From IMG/VR virus record IMGVR_UViG_3300042691_038938: 64,000 nucleotides of DNA; one strand, 5' to 3'. Under the pieces are notes generated by a model that saw only the letters and a list, made by a program, of their open reading frames with translations, was not told the origin of the DNA and searched no databases. Position 1 is the stretch's first letter. Each line of letters begins with the position of its first letter. Origin of the DNA: a virus. Taxonomy: Duplodnaviria > Caudoviricetes. Positions 17,644 through 26,423 of the stretch are shown here, one piece after another. A program made the position numbers and the translations under genes.

Positions 17644-18815
17644 AATACTTAAGAATAAGTTATCCACAGCTTAGAACAGAGGTCTTGTCTGGGCTTACTA
17701 TCTCAACTGCGCTGGTTCCTGAAGCAATCTCATTTGCTCTACTCATTGGAGTGTCTCCAACTGCTGGTATATGGGCAGCCTTCTTCATGGCATTATCCAC
17801 TTCCCTTTTTGGAGGCAGGCCTGCCATAATAAGCGGTGCGACTGGCGCGACTGCAGTCATACTAGCGGCCCTTGTTTCTCTTCATGGAGAAGATAATCTA
17901 TACCTTGCTGTGATTTTAGCTGGAGTGATCCAGTTAATCTTGTGGATTAGCGGAGGTTGGAAAGTATTCAAGACGGTTCCTAAGATCGTAATTTCCGGAT
18001 TCCTAATTTCACTATCGATACTAATACTTCAAAGTCAATTCAAGTATTTTAAGATAGGTGGACTTTCGAGTATCCAACAGGTAATAATGGTAGGGATAGT
18101 TGTAGTATCAGCCGGCTCAATGTATGTTTCCAGTAAAAGATTCAAATTTCCTCCAGCAATCGCCGCAATATTGATGGGATCAGTTCTTAGTTCTTTCTTT
18201 GCTCTTCCTCTAATACAGGATCTTTCTGCTATATCAAATCGTTTACCTGAATTAGTCACTCCATCAGTTTCATTAGAGTCTTTATTACTAGTCTTGCCGT
18301 ATTCATTAGGTATGGCAATTTCCGGTCTTACTGAATCTCTAATCGCAGTAGATGAAGTCTGTCATAAACTAGGAACCCCAAAGGGAAAAGATCCAAAGTC
18401 TAAAGAAACCTTTGCTCAAGGCATAGGTAATATAGTGAGCGGCTTTTTTACTTCAATTGGAGGCTGTGTCCTCGTAGGTCAGACTAATTTAAACGTCGCA
18501 GCTGGCGCAAAATATCGAGTATCATCCCTAATTGCGAGCCTAGGTCTCTTATTGATCATACTCATTTTTGGAAAGTATATTCAGCTAATTCCTTTAGCTG
18601 GACTCATAGGAGTAATGATAATTGTAGTCTATGAAACTGGCGATTGGTCAAAACTTAAGGATAAAAATAGAGTAAATATAGCAACTCTTATCGTGACGAT
18701 AGCCGCTTCGCTAATCACTCACAATCTTGCGGTAGGAGTCTTGTTTGGAAGTATCACATACTACGCAATAAAAAAGTTAGTAAAGAATAATGGCAAAGAA
18801 AAAGATCGAGGATAA
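17640..18815 (+). CDS. SulP/SLC26-family anion (sulfate) permease lacking a STAS domain
   Basis: LSGLTISTALVPEAISFA, GGRPAIISGATGA, ETFAQGIGNIVSGFF, GGCVLVGQT; many hydrophobic segments. Confidence 0.88.
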   Translation: MKYLRISYPQLRTEVLSGLTISTALVPEAISFALLIGVSPTAGIWAAFFMALSTSLFGGRPAIISGATGATAVILAALVSLHGEDNLYLAVILAGVIQLILWISGGWKVFKTVPKIVISGFLISLSILILQSQFKYFKIGGLSSIQQVIMVGIVVVSAGSMYVSSKRFKFPPAIAAILMGSVLSSFFALPLIQDLSAISNRLPELVTPSVSLESLLLVLPYSLGMAISGLTESLIAVDEVCHKLGTPKGKDPKSKETFAQGIGNIVSGFFTSIGGCVLVGQTNLNVAAGAKYRVSSLIASLGLLLIILIFGKYIQLIPLAGLIGVMIIVVYETGDWSKLKDKNRVNIATLIVTIAASLITHNLAVGVLFGSITYYAIKKLVKNNGKEKDRG

Positions 18816-20661
18816 GTATCAAAAGCTAACAGATACTGAACACGTTCTTCTTAGACCCTCAATGTATATCGGATCAGTTGCGATCCACACCGGTGAGCAG
18901 CACTTATATGACGGTGAAAAGGTCTGGATAGAAGAAGTCAATTACAATCCAGGTTTCATAAAGATATTTGATGAGATCGTCTCAAACTCAGTTGACGAAC
19001 ACAGAAGAAATCCAAAACTAAACGAGATTAGAGTCACAATCGACCTAGATAAGGCCCATATCTCTATTTGGGACAACGGTGGAATCCCAGTTGAGAAACA
19101 TAAGGTCCACAAGGAATGGATCCCAGAGATGATCTTCTCAAACCTTAAGGCAGGATCCAATTTTGATGACTCAGAGCAGCGCACAGTCGCTGGAACCAAT
19201 GGAGTAGGGTCGACTTTAACTAACATATTCAGTAAAAAGTTCACGGTTTCAACCTGTGACGGCAAGAATCGCTTCGATCAGGTCTTTACTGATAACATGG
19301 GTAAGAGGACTGTTGCCAAAGTATCCCCAGCCAAGCGAGGATTCACAGAAATCTCATTCTTTCCCGACCTAGAGCGTTTTAAGATGAGAAGGATCGACGA
19401 AAAGTCCTTTGGAATACTCTTTAAACGTTGTTTGGACCTAGTTGCATGTAACAATAAGCTTACCCTAAAGCTAACTAAGATTCTGGACGGAAAAAAGAGC
19501 GATTTTGTGCTTAAATTTAAGAGCTTTGAGGAATATATTGCTCTCTACTCGCAAGATTACTTCTTTGAGGAGACTAAAGATTGGAAAATAGGTTTTGCAA
19601 GGTCAGAAAACGGCTTTCAAAACGTAAGTTTCGTCAATTCTGTTCATACTAAGGACGGCGGAACTCACGTTGAGTACATAACCAATCAGCTCATAGCCCA
19701 ACTGAGGGAAATGATCAAGAAGAAACATAAAGTAGACGTAAAACCTAGCGATATTCGTAATCATCTCTATGTTTTTATCGATTCTACGATAGTAAACTCA
19801 TTTTTTAGCTCCCAGACCAAGGAAAAGCTCATCACTGAGGTCAAGGATTTCGGAACCAAGCATGAAGTTACTGATAAGTTAGCAAAATTAGTGTTTAAGT
19901 CCGAAATAATCCAATCTGTGCTAGACTGGGTGGAGAAAAAGGCCCTAGCTCAAGAAAGAGCTGAGCTTCGAAAGCTAAATAAGGACTTAGACAAGACAAA
20001 AATCCCAAAACTGATCGACGCACAGAAAAAAGGTGATCGTGGACCTTGTATTTTAGGAATCTACGAAGGATTAAGTGCAGTATCAGCAGTTCGTAAGTTT
20101 AGGGACACTCAGACAATAGGTGCTTTCCCTCTAAAGGGTAAATTCATCAACGTAAGTGAGATGAAGAGCTCCGAAATCATTAAAAACGACGAAGCTGTGC
20201 AACTAATGGCCTCACTTGGACTAAAACTAGGAGAAGAGCCTAAAGGATTACGATACGGTCGCATCTATATCTATACTGATGCGGATCCAGACGGTAGCCA
20301 CATCGCTGCAACCCTAATAAACTTCTTCGATCGCTTCTGGCCGGAGCTTTTTGAGCAAGGTAGGGTCTACAAGGTGATGACTCCTCTTGTAGTGGCTAAA
20401 AAGGGTAAAGATTCCCTAAACTTCTACACCAATGAGGAGTTTGACGCTTGGGAGAAGAAAACCAAGACCTCAGGTTGGGAGATTGAGTACAAGAAGGGAC
20501 TTGGAGCCCTTGAGGACGCAGAATACGAAGAAATAATAAAGAATCCTTACTTAGTACAGATAAAGAACGATAAGGATTACAAGGGATCGCTAGAATCTTG
20601 GTTTGGGAGAGATTCTCAACCTAGGAAGGAAAAGATCCTCGGAAATAACGAAGAGAGATGA
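18790..20661 (+). CDS. DNA topoisomerase II ATPase/TOPRIM subunit (gp39+gp60-like)
   Basis: EHVLLRPSMYIG, EIVSNSVD, GTNGVG, EGLSA, PLKGKFIN, YTDADPDGSHI, YKKGLG. Confidence 0.95.
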   Translation: MAKKKIEDKYQKLTDTEHVLLRPSMYIGSVAIHTGEQHLYDGEKVWIEEVNYNPGFIKIFDEIVSNSVDEHRRNPKLNEIRVTIDLDKAHISIWDNGGIPVEKHKVHKEWIPEMIFSNLKAGSNFDDSEQRTVAGTNGVGSTLTNIFSKKFTVSTCDGKNRFDQVFTDNMGKRTVAKVSPAKRGFTEISFFPDLERFKMRRIDEKSFGILFKRCLDLVACNNKLTLKLTKILDGKKSDFVLKFKSFEEYIALYSQDYFFEETKDWKIGFARSENGFQNVSFVNSVHTKDGGTHVEYITNQLIAQLREMIKKKHKVDVKPSDIRNHLYVFIDSTIVNSFFSSQTKEKLITEVKDFGTKHEVTDKLAKLVFKSEIIQSVLDWVEKKALAQERAELRKLNKDLDKTKIPKLIDAQKKGDRGPCILGIYEGLSAVSAVRKFRDTQTIGAFPLKGKFINVSEMKSSEIIKNDEAVQLMASLGLKLGEEPKGLRYGRIYIYTDADPDGSHIAATLINFFDRFWPELFEQGRVYKVMTPLVVAKKGKDSLNFYTNEEFDAWEKKTKTSGWEIEYKKGLGALEDAEYEEIIKNPYLVQIKNDKDYKGSLESWFGRDSQPRKEKILGNNEER

Positions 20662-20771
20662 AATATCATAATGAACACCAAAGAGCTCCCAAATTTATCC
20701 TTATTTGGGTCATAATCCTAGTTGGATTCTTCGCTGGAATGACAGCAATCATCTCAACCGCAATAAAATAG
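20658..20771 (+). CDS. 37-aa membrane peptide (not in ORF track)
   Basis: MKYHNEHQRAPKFILIWVIILVGFFAGMTAIISTAIK; ATGA-coupled and fills the gap between the topoisomerase subunits. Confidence 0.5.
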   Translation: MKYHNEHQRAPKFILIWVIILVGFFAGMTAIISTAIK

Positions 20772-20777
20772 AGAAGA

Positions 20778-22151
20778 ATGGCAAAACCCATCATAAAAAC
20801 AGTAACTGACTACTTAGACAACGATTATAAGGAATATGCAGTCTATGTTGTCGAAGAGAGAGCAATACCTTCAGTGATTGACGGGTTCAAGCCCACTCAA
20901 CGTAAGGTGATATTCATTGCCAATAAGGTATGGAGAAACGGGAGTGAGAAACCACTAAAGATATTTCAGTTAGCCGGTAGAGTCGCAGCAGACGCCTTTT
21001 ATCACCATGGAGACGGATCCTTAAACTCTGCGATCATTGGAATGGCTCAAAGATTCAAAAACTCTATGCCTGTCCTAGAAGATATTGGACAGTTCGGTTC
21101 TTTGCGATCGCCGGAGGCGGCCGCTCCTCGATATATCGCAACTAGATTACATAAGAACTTTAGACTTCTATACAAGGACTTTGAGCTTCTTGAATCTAGA
21201 CACGAGGAGGGCAATGAGATCGAACCTAAATACTTTTTACCCATAATTCCTACTGTTCTCCTAAATGGAGGTAGCGGAATCGCAGTCGGCTTCTCAACCA
21301 ACATCCTAAATAGAAACCCTTTGCACCTAATTGATGCCTGCTTAAAGTCGCTGGAAGGTAAAAAATATACTGAGCCTGCACCATGGTATCAGGAATTTAG
21401 AGGAACATGTCAGCTATTAGATACTCCTGATGCTAAGTTCTCATGGCTATTTTCAGGCAAGTATGAGGTAAGGAACACATCCACTGTCACGATCAGCGAT
21501 CTTCCTCCTTCCGTTACCTATGAGAAGTTTGATCAATATCTAATAGATCTTGAGGATTCTCGTAGGATTGTGAGCTATGAAAACAACTGTAAGTCGAACA
21601 TAAGTTATACTATAAAGTTCAGAAGAGAGGACCTAAAAGCTCTTTCTGATTCTTCCAGGCTAAACCGATTCCTAAAGATGGAGGAGAAGCAGACTGAAAA
21701 CTTCACAGTATTAGATGAGTTCGGCAAGCTTAAAGTATTTACTTCAGCCAGTGAGATCATTGAGTATTTCGTCAGCTTTAGGCTCTCTTTCTACGATAAG
21801 CGTAAGCAGTACCTAATAGACAAAGCAGAACAAGAATTATTAGTCCTTTCAAACAAGGCCAGGTTCATCAAGGATATTATTGATGGCAAACTAAAGGTGA
21901 ACAATGTTCCTCGTAAGGAGATAGTTCTGTATTTACAGACTGCTGATTTTGATGAGGTAAACGGATCGTATCAGTATCTACTTTCTCTTCCTATCTATAC
22001 TCTTACTAAGGAGACGTATGAGGAATTGATCGAAGCTGAAAAGCAAAAAATTGAGGAAATCACTAGGCTAAAAGCGATGGAACCTAAACAAATGTATAGG
22101 GAAGATTTACAAGAATTGAAAAAAGCCCTACAAAAGGAGTATAATAACTAA
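20778..22151 (+). CDS. DNA topoisomerase II breakage-reunion subunit (gp52)
   Basis: RAIPSVIDGFKPTQRK, YHHGD, catalytic AAPRYI, GIAVGFST. Confidence 0.95.
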   Translation: MAKPIIKTVTDYLDNDYKEYAVYVVEERAIPSVIDGFKPTQRKVIFIANKVWRNGSEKPLKIFQLAGRVAADAFYHHGDGSLNSAIIGMAQRFKNSMPVLEDIGQFGSLRSPEAAAPRYIATRLHKNFRLLYKDFELLESRHEEGNEIEPKYFLPIIPTVLLNGGSGIAVGFSTNILNRNPLHLIDACLKSLEGKKYTEPAPWYQEFRGTCQLLDTPDAKFSWLFSGKYEVRNTSTVTISDLPPSVTYEKFDQYLIDLEDSRRIVSYENNCKSNISYTIKFRREDLKALSDSSRLNRFLKMEEKQTENFTVLDEFGKLKVFTSASEIIEYFVSFRLSFYDKRKQYLIDKAEQELLVLSNKARFIKDIIDGKLKVNNVPRKEIVLYLQTADFDEVNGSYQYLLSLPIYTLTKETYEELIEAEKQKIEEITRLKAMEPKQMYREDLQELKKALQKEYNN

Positions 22152-22154
22152 AAT

Positions 22155-22394
22155 ATGGCAGAATTCTCAAAACAATACTGTGAAAGAAAGTTTCCTGAGA
22201 TGCCAGGAGACTTTGATATCCTGGAAATGGCTAAGGATCTTTCTAACGGCAACTATGTTCCCATGATCTGTGAGGGTTATGGATTCATCGCTATAGGTAA
22301 GGACGAGACTGGATCGATAGTGCTCGCATTTCCTGAAGATTCTAACCCGACTCCATCAGCGATTTGGAAACCTTATGAGGAAGTCGTAGTTTAA
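22155..22394 (+). CDS. hypothetical protein
   Basis: 79-aa ORF in operon. Confidence 0.65.
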   Translation: MAEFSKQYCERKFPEMPGDFDILEMAKDLSNGNYVPMICEGYGFIAIGKDETGSIVLAFPEDSNPTPSAIWKPYEEVVV

Positions 22395-22410
22395 TAGAAA
22401 AACTTAAACG

Positions 22411-22677
22411 ATGAAGCTTCTTACTTTACTTACTTTTTTCACAAGCATGGGTATAGCCTTATCCCAGGAACCCATCATAAATGATTATGTCGTGGCTACG
22501 CCAGACAGATCTAAAGTCTGGATAATAAACAATCCGACTGGTCAATTAATATACGACAACTGGCAACAGAATCCAGAATACAATGGAATTAGGCCAAGTG
22601 TTGCCCTAGTTGAGGACCTGGAACCATATCGTAGGAGGGTAAAAAAGATGACTAAAAATTCTAAAAAAAGCAAATAA
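22411..22677 (+). CDS. small secreted protein (signal peptide, Gln at +1)
   Basis: MKLLTLLTFFTSMGIALS|QE. Confidence 0.6.
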   Translation: MKLLTLLTFFTSMGIALSQEPIINDYVVATPDRSKVWIINNPTGQLIYDNWQQNPEYNGIRPSVALVEDLEPYRRRVKKMTKNSKKSK

Positions 22678-22678
22678 T

Positions 22679-23107
22679 ATGACTATTGCACAAGCATTAA
22701 AAGAAAAGAACAAAAAGGTGACTAAGTTATCTAGTATGTGGGACAGACTTCAGCGTTACAACGTGGTGAATGAGGGAGAGGCTAAACCGTATACTAGCGA
22801 AAATACTTGGGAGGAGATCAATCGATTAACTAGCGAACTGATAGAATTAAAGACTAGAATTCATGCGGCGTCTGAGCCTGTTCGAGCTAAGATCTTTATG
22901 CTTTCTGAACTAAAGAGCAAGGCACAACGACTAAAGGGTATGAACACAAACAATGGAACCTATAGAGATCGTTATTCTGAAACAACTATCTCACAAGTAG
23001 CAGAGTTTGATGTGCTTTGGAAGGACGGAATGGTTGAACTTATCGAAATGGAAATAGAAACTATTCAGGAAGAACTAGATAAGTTTAACCATACAACGAA
23101 CATCTAG
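22679..23107 (+). CDS. coiled-coil protein, DIP1984/DUF6847-like
   Basis: MTIAQALKEKN start, long helices, ELDKFNHTTNI end (EL...N..T.I pattern). Confidence 0.55.
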   Translation: MTIAQALKEKNKKVTKLSSMWDRLQRYNVVNEGEAKPYTSENTWEEINRLTSELIELKTRIHAASEPVRAKIFMLSELKSKAQRLKGMNTNNGTYRDRYSETTISQVAEFDVLWKDGMVELIEMEIETIQEELDKFNHTTNI

Positions 23108-23300
23108 GGCGGGCCCAAGACTAGGGAGCGGACTATTAGTATGTGAAGCAGCAAAGCTTTGTACAACTTCTAGACTTTAAAGGATGTTAGATGGTGATTG
23201 TGAGGGTCAAGATTCAAGATTCATAATGGTTCAACACTCTTCTGTCAAACATCAAAACTCTGGATTACTTTTAGACCATCACTTTTCACGGGCTTGCCCT
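23106..23300 (+). ncRNA. candidate structured RNA / long structured 3' UTR
   Basis: Ends pair as an 11-bp stem (AGGGCGGGCCC 23106-23116 with GGGCTTGCCCT 23290-23300, two G-U pairs); clustered TCAA motifs at 23205-23260; strong terminator follows. Confidence 0.45.
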
Positions 23301-23311
23301 CCTATATATAG

Positions 23312-23339
23312 AAGAAGAGGATCTTTCGATCCTCTTCTT
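23312..23339. terminator. bidirectional terminator
   Basis: AAGAAGAGGATC-TTTC-GATCCTCTTCTT, 12-bp perfect stem between convergent units. Confidence 0.85.
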
Positions 23340-23341
23340 TG

Positions 23342-24271
23342 TTATAATATGATTTCTAAGATCTTTTCAGCGACGCTAATAAATTGATCACTAGTTAATA
23401 CTGGTTCTCCAGGCTGAGTCGAAACTAATGCATACACGATTCTGCTTCTATCTGAGATTCCTATTACTGCATGATCATCGTTATCGTTACTATCTCCTCC
23501 ATCGTCGTCTTCAAATTCGTGAGTTATGCCATCCGAACTTCCTGGAATCAAGATCAGGTGATTTATCGTAGGGTCTGTGTCCAATGGATCTTCCAAATTA
23601 GTCTTATAGAAAAGGGTCCAGCCAGGTATGACTTCTTCAATTGATCCGCCATTAACCGTGTCTTCATCTGAACCTACATTACCTGTTATCGAAAATTCTG
23701 ATACTGATGTATTGTCAGCAACCATCACAAAGAGTCCAGGATACATGTTTGTGAAGTACTTTGATCCTGGTCCAAAGTAAGAGTTTCCGTCGCTTACTAT
23801 ACCATCCATTGGAGGACTTGTGTATTCGTTCTCATCATCTTCATTATCAGCCTGAGTGTGAGTGTACGGTATGCTGGTTGCTGCTAATGGATTATCCTCG
23901 TCTATCCCACCTTCTTTAATGATATCATACAGATTAGTCAAGTTAGTGTTCAAGTAGTTTCCACCGTCGTACATATCGTCTCCTCCGTCGTTTATTCCTG
24001 GCAAAGGATCGCCAGTCTCCCCGCTCGTAGTGTAATCGTCCCAAAAAAGATAGATGTTCGGCACAAGAGCAGTGATTTCAGAATACTTAGCATTCAATTT
24101 ACTTAAAGCTAGATCTATCCACTCGCTAGTTTGGATTCTGCTGCCGCCTCCTACTCCTCCTTGAGCTTGAAGTCTCATGCGCATTGCTTGCTCATATAGA
24201 GCCTGTTGTTCAAAGAAAGATCGCAAGTCCTTTTGTTCTCTGCTCTCTTCTCCCCAATTTATAAATGACAT
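23342..24271 (-). CDS. acidic D/G-rich hypothetical protein, probably virion-associated
   Basis: 309-aa ORF downstream of the capsid genes on the same strand. Confidence 0.7.
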   Translation of the reverse strand: MSFINWGEESREQKDLRSFFEQQALYEQAMRMRLQAQGGVGGGSRIQTSEWIDLALSKLNAKYSEITALVPNIYLFWDDYTTSGETGDPLPGINDGGDDMYDGGNYLNTNLTNLYDIIKEGGIDEDNPLAATSIPYTHTQADNEDDENEYTSPPMDGIVSDGNSYFGPGSKYFTNMYPGLFVMVADNTSVSEFSITGNVGSDEDTVNGGSIEEVIPGWTLFYKTNLEDPLDTDPTINHLILIPGSSDGITHEFEDDDGGDSNDNDDHAVIGISDRSRIVYALVSTQPGEPVLTSDQFISVAEKILEIIL

Positions 24272-24280
24272 AATAAAAGA

Positions 24281-24643
24281 TTATTTTAGTGTAAGCAAGT
24301 ATTTTAGCTTATTTACTGCAGCAAGCAGCTCATCTCTCAGGTTTAAGAGATCACTATCTCGTTGAGGATTTAACTGATTATTAAGAGACAATAGGAAATC
24401 TGTAATAGTCTCTAAGAACTCATCCTGGTTCATCTCGCCGATGTTTGATAAGATAATTTGATCATCCTTTTCTACTGCAAGACGTCCATATTTTCCCATG
24501 TATATCTCTACGAAATCATCAGTCAGAGCGCTAAATGTATCGTATGCTTCTCCATATGCTTGGTGTCGTGCGTAGGATTGGGTCTGCCAGTGTAGTACTT
24601 TAAACTGTGACTGTATGCCCAAGAACATTGATATGATTGTCAT
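24281..24643 (-). CDS. ferritin/Dps-like protein (DUF5856-like)
   Basis: LHWQT..YARHQA...Y....D.FVE.Y.G.YGR and NLRDELLA..NKLKYLLTLK patterns. Confidence 0.75.
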   Translation of the reverse strand: MTIISMFLGIQSQFKVLHWQTQSYARHQAYGEAYDTFSALTDDFVEIYMGKYGRLAVEKDDQIILSNIGEMNQDEFLETITDFLLSLNNQLNPQRDSDLLNLRDELLAAVNKLKYLLTLK

Positions 24644-24658
24644 CTTGTGAGTTTTTAT

Positions 24659-24666
24659 TATTTATC
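24659..24666 (-). promoter_or_regulatory. late promoter-like GATAAATA
   Basis: Recurrent motif upstream of ATG 24643. Confidence 0.65.
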
Positions 24667-24675
24667 TCTATAAAC

Positions 24676-24706
24676 AAAAAAAGAGGACTCTTACGAATCC
24701 TCTTTC
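24676..24706 (-). terminator. intrinsic terminator after the major capsid gene
   Basis: Minus strand GAGGATTC-GTAA-GAGTCCTC followed by a T7 tract. Confidence 0.85.
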
Positions 24707-24726
24707 TATATTTGCTTTTATTCAGA

Positions 24727-26394
24727 TTAGCTGAATGAAGGAGCAACACCACCAGTAAGAACTGCGATATCACCTTGGATATCCATGTTCACATACTGAG
24801 TTTCAGGATGCCATCCACCCTCTGTGATCGCGTAACGAGATTTCATACCGATCTTAGGAGAGAATGTTCCTTCAGAGATAGTCTGAAGAGATTCAGCCAT
24901 GATGTACGGCATGAATTTAACTCCAGGCTCCTCGTCTGCACCTTTACGTCCGATACAGATTCTTGGATCTCCCCAAGATAAGTTAGGATCAACGTAAACT
25001 TGTACACCGTAAACTTTACCAGCTGGGTAAAGGTTACCTGCAACACCGCCCATATCAGTAGGTACAGTTGCAATAGAGTAACCAGCAACGTCAGCCAAAG
25101 CAGAAGCAAGGCGACCGTTGGTTACCATGAATGTACCAGCACCGAAACGACCTCTGTGGTAGATTAGGTTAGCAAGTTCAAGAACTTTAGTAACCAATCT
25201 TCTTTGCAATGTAGAAACGTTTTCGAATCCACCTGCACCAGCAGCTAGGTCAAGAGTAGTGATTCCAGCACCCTCAACTAGCGCGATCTCACCGTTGTGA
25301 TAATCAGCCAATTGGAATACTCGGTCAACCAATCTCTTATTGATAGATTGAGCAAGCTCGTTAACTGCTACGTTCTCTAACATAGAGATAACGTCGTAGT
25401 TCCAAACTCTGTTCAAGTCTTGGATCTGCTCAACAGTTGCAGAGATTGATACTTGATCAGTCTCAGCTTCAACGAACTTAGTGAACATTCTAAGACCCAT
25501 TTGACGGAACTTAGAGTTCTCACCAGCTTCTCTCTTCATTGATCCAGGAACGTTTCCTGTACCAGGAAGGTAAGAACCATTGAATTGGCTGCTAGTTGAA
25601 GATGTACCAGCATCCCAGTAATCAGCATCAGAAACTGATGTGAAACCAGAAATGTGGTTCTCTAAAGCAGAAACCAACTGAACGTTAGCTGGAACAATTG
25701 CAGCAGAAGTATCACCAGCAATAGTGAAAGTAACACCATTCAACTGAGTTGCAAGAGAATCACTAGTTCCATCGTCTTCAAGGATACGAACAATTGCCGT
25801 TCCGTCTACACGAGAGAATCCAACGAAATCTGCAGATCCACCCCAACCTGCACCACCGGGAGTAACAGCGTCACCCGCAACAGCACTGTTGAAAGTAGAG
25901 TAGTCAAAACCTACAAGTTTAACCAAGTAAGGTTCGAACTCAGAACCAGAAGTACGACCTCCAGCATATAGATAATCCAAGTAAGGAAGGAATCCAACTG
26001 GAGAATCCATAGGGATAACTGGAACTAGGTCGAAACCAATAGTTTTTGCTGCTACTTGAATAGCAACTGGTAAAAGTGATGGAAATTTATCACCAGAACC
26101 GTTAGCGCTAGCTGAGAAAGAATTCTTAGCTCCTGCAGTGAACGGAGTCATTGCTGATGTTGGAGCTGATGGGTTCCCCATGAAACCACCAAGAGATCCT
26201 GGTGTTTGGAAGAACACTCCTGGAGAAGAATTCTCGAATACAGGTGCTGTGTTGTCGAAGATCGCGTGGTTGTGAGCGTACTCAGCTAACCAAGGCGTGT
26301 TCTCAACGTTCGCACCATATCCTTCAAGAATCGGCTTCCAGGTGTTTGTCAAACGAGTGTCGTTTGAACGTCTGAAAATTTTAGTACGTGCCAT
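24727..26394 (-). CDS. major capsid protein (gp23-like)
   Basis: WKPILE, IGFDLVPVIPMDSPVG, AINELAQSIN-like region, GAGTFMVT, KFMPYI, PKIGMKSRYA. Confidence 0.93.
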   Translation of the reverse strand: MARTKIFRRSNDTRLTNTWKPILEGYGANVENTPWLAEYAHNHAIFDNTAPVFENSSPGVFFQTPGSLGGFMGNPSAPTSAMTPFTAGAKNSFSASANGSGDKFPSLLPVAIQVAAKTIGFDLVPVIPMDSPVGFLPYLDYLYAGGRTSGSEFEPYLVKLVGFDYSTFNSAVAGDAVTPGGAGWGGSADFVGFSRVDGTAIVRILEDDGTSDSLATQLNGVTFTIAGDTSAAIVPANVQLVSALENHISGFTSVSDADYWDAGTSSTSSQFNGSYLPGTGNVPGSMKREAGENSKFRQMGLRMFTKFVEAETDQVSISATVEQIQDLNRVWNYDVISMLENVAVNELAQSINKRLVDRVFQLADYHNGEIALVEGAGITTLDLAAGAGGFENVSTLQRRLVTKVLELANLIYHRGRFGAGTFMVTNGRLASALADVAGYSIATVPTDMGGVAGNLYPAGKVYGVQVYVDPNLSWGDPRICIGRKGADEEPGVKFMPYIMAESLQTISEGTFSPKIGMKSRYAITEGGWHPETQYVNMDIQGDIAVLTGGVAPSFS

Positions 26395-26423
26395 TTTTAT
26401 ACACTGATTTTTTTAGTTGTTTA

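Noticed and set aside
23106-23300. Retron, DGR or DRT template RNA
   Set aside because: No reverse transcriptase is present in the window and no matching variable repeat was seen.
23184-23387. 67-aa ORF in the gap after the coiled-coil gene
   Set aside because: It runs through a strong terminator hairpin into the convergent gene and has no recognisable features; an RNA element fits better, though translation is not excluded.
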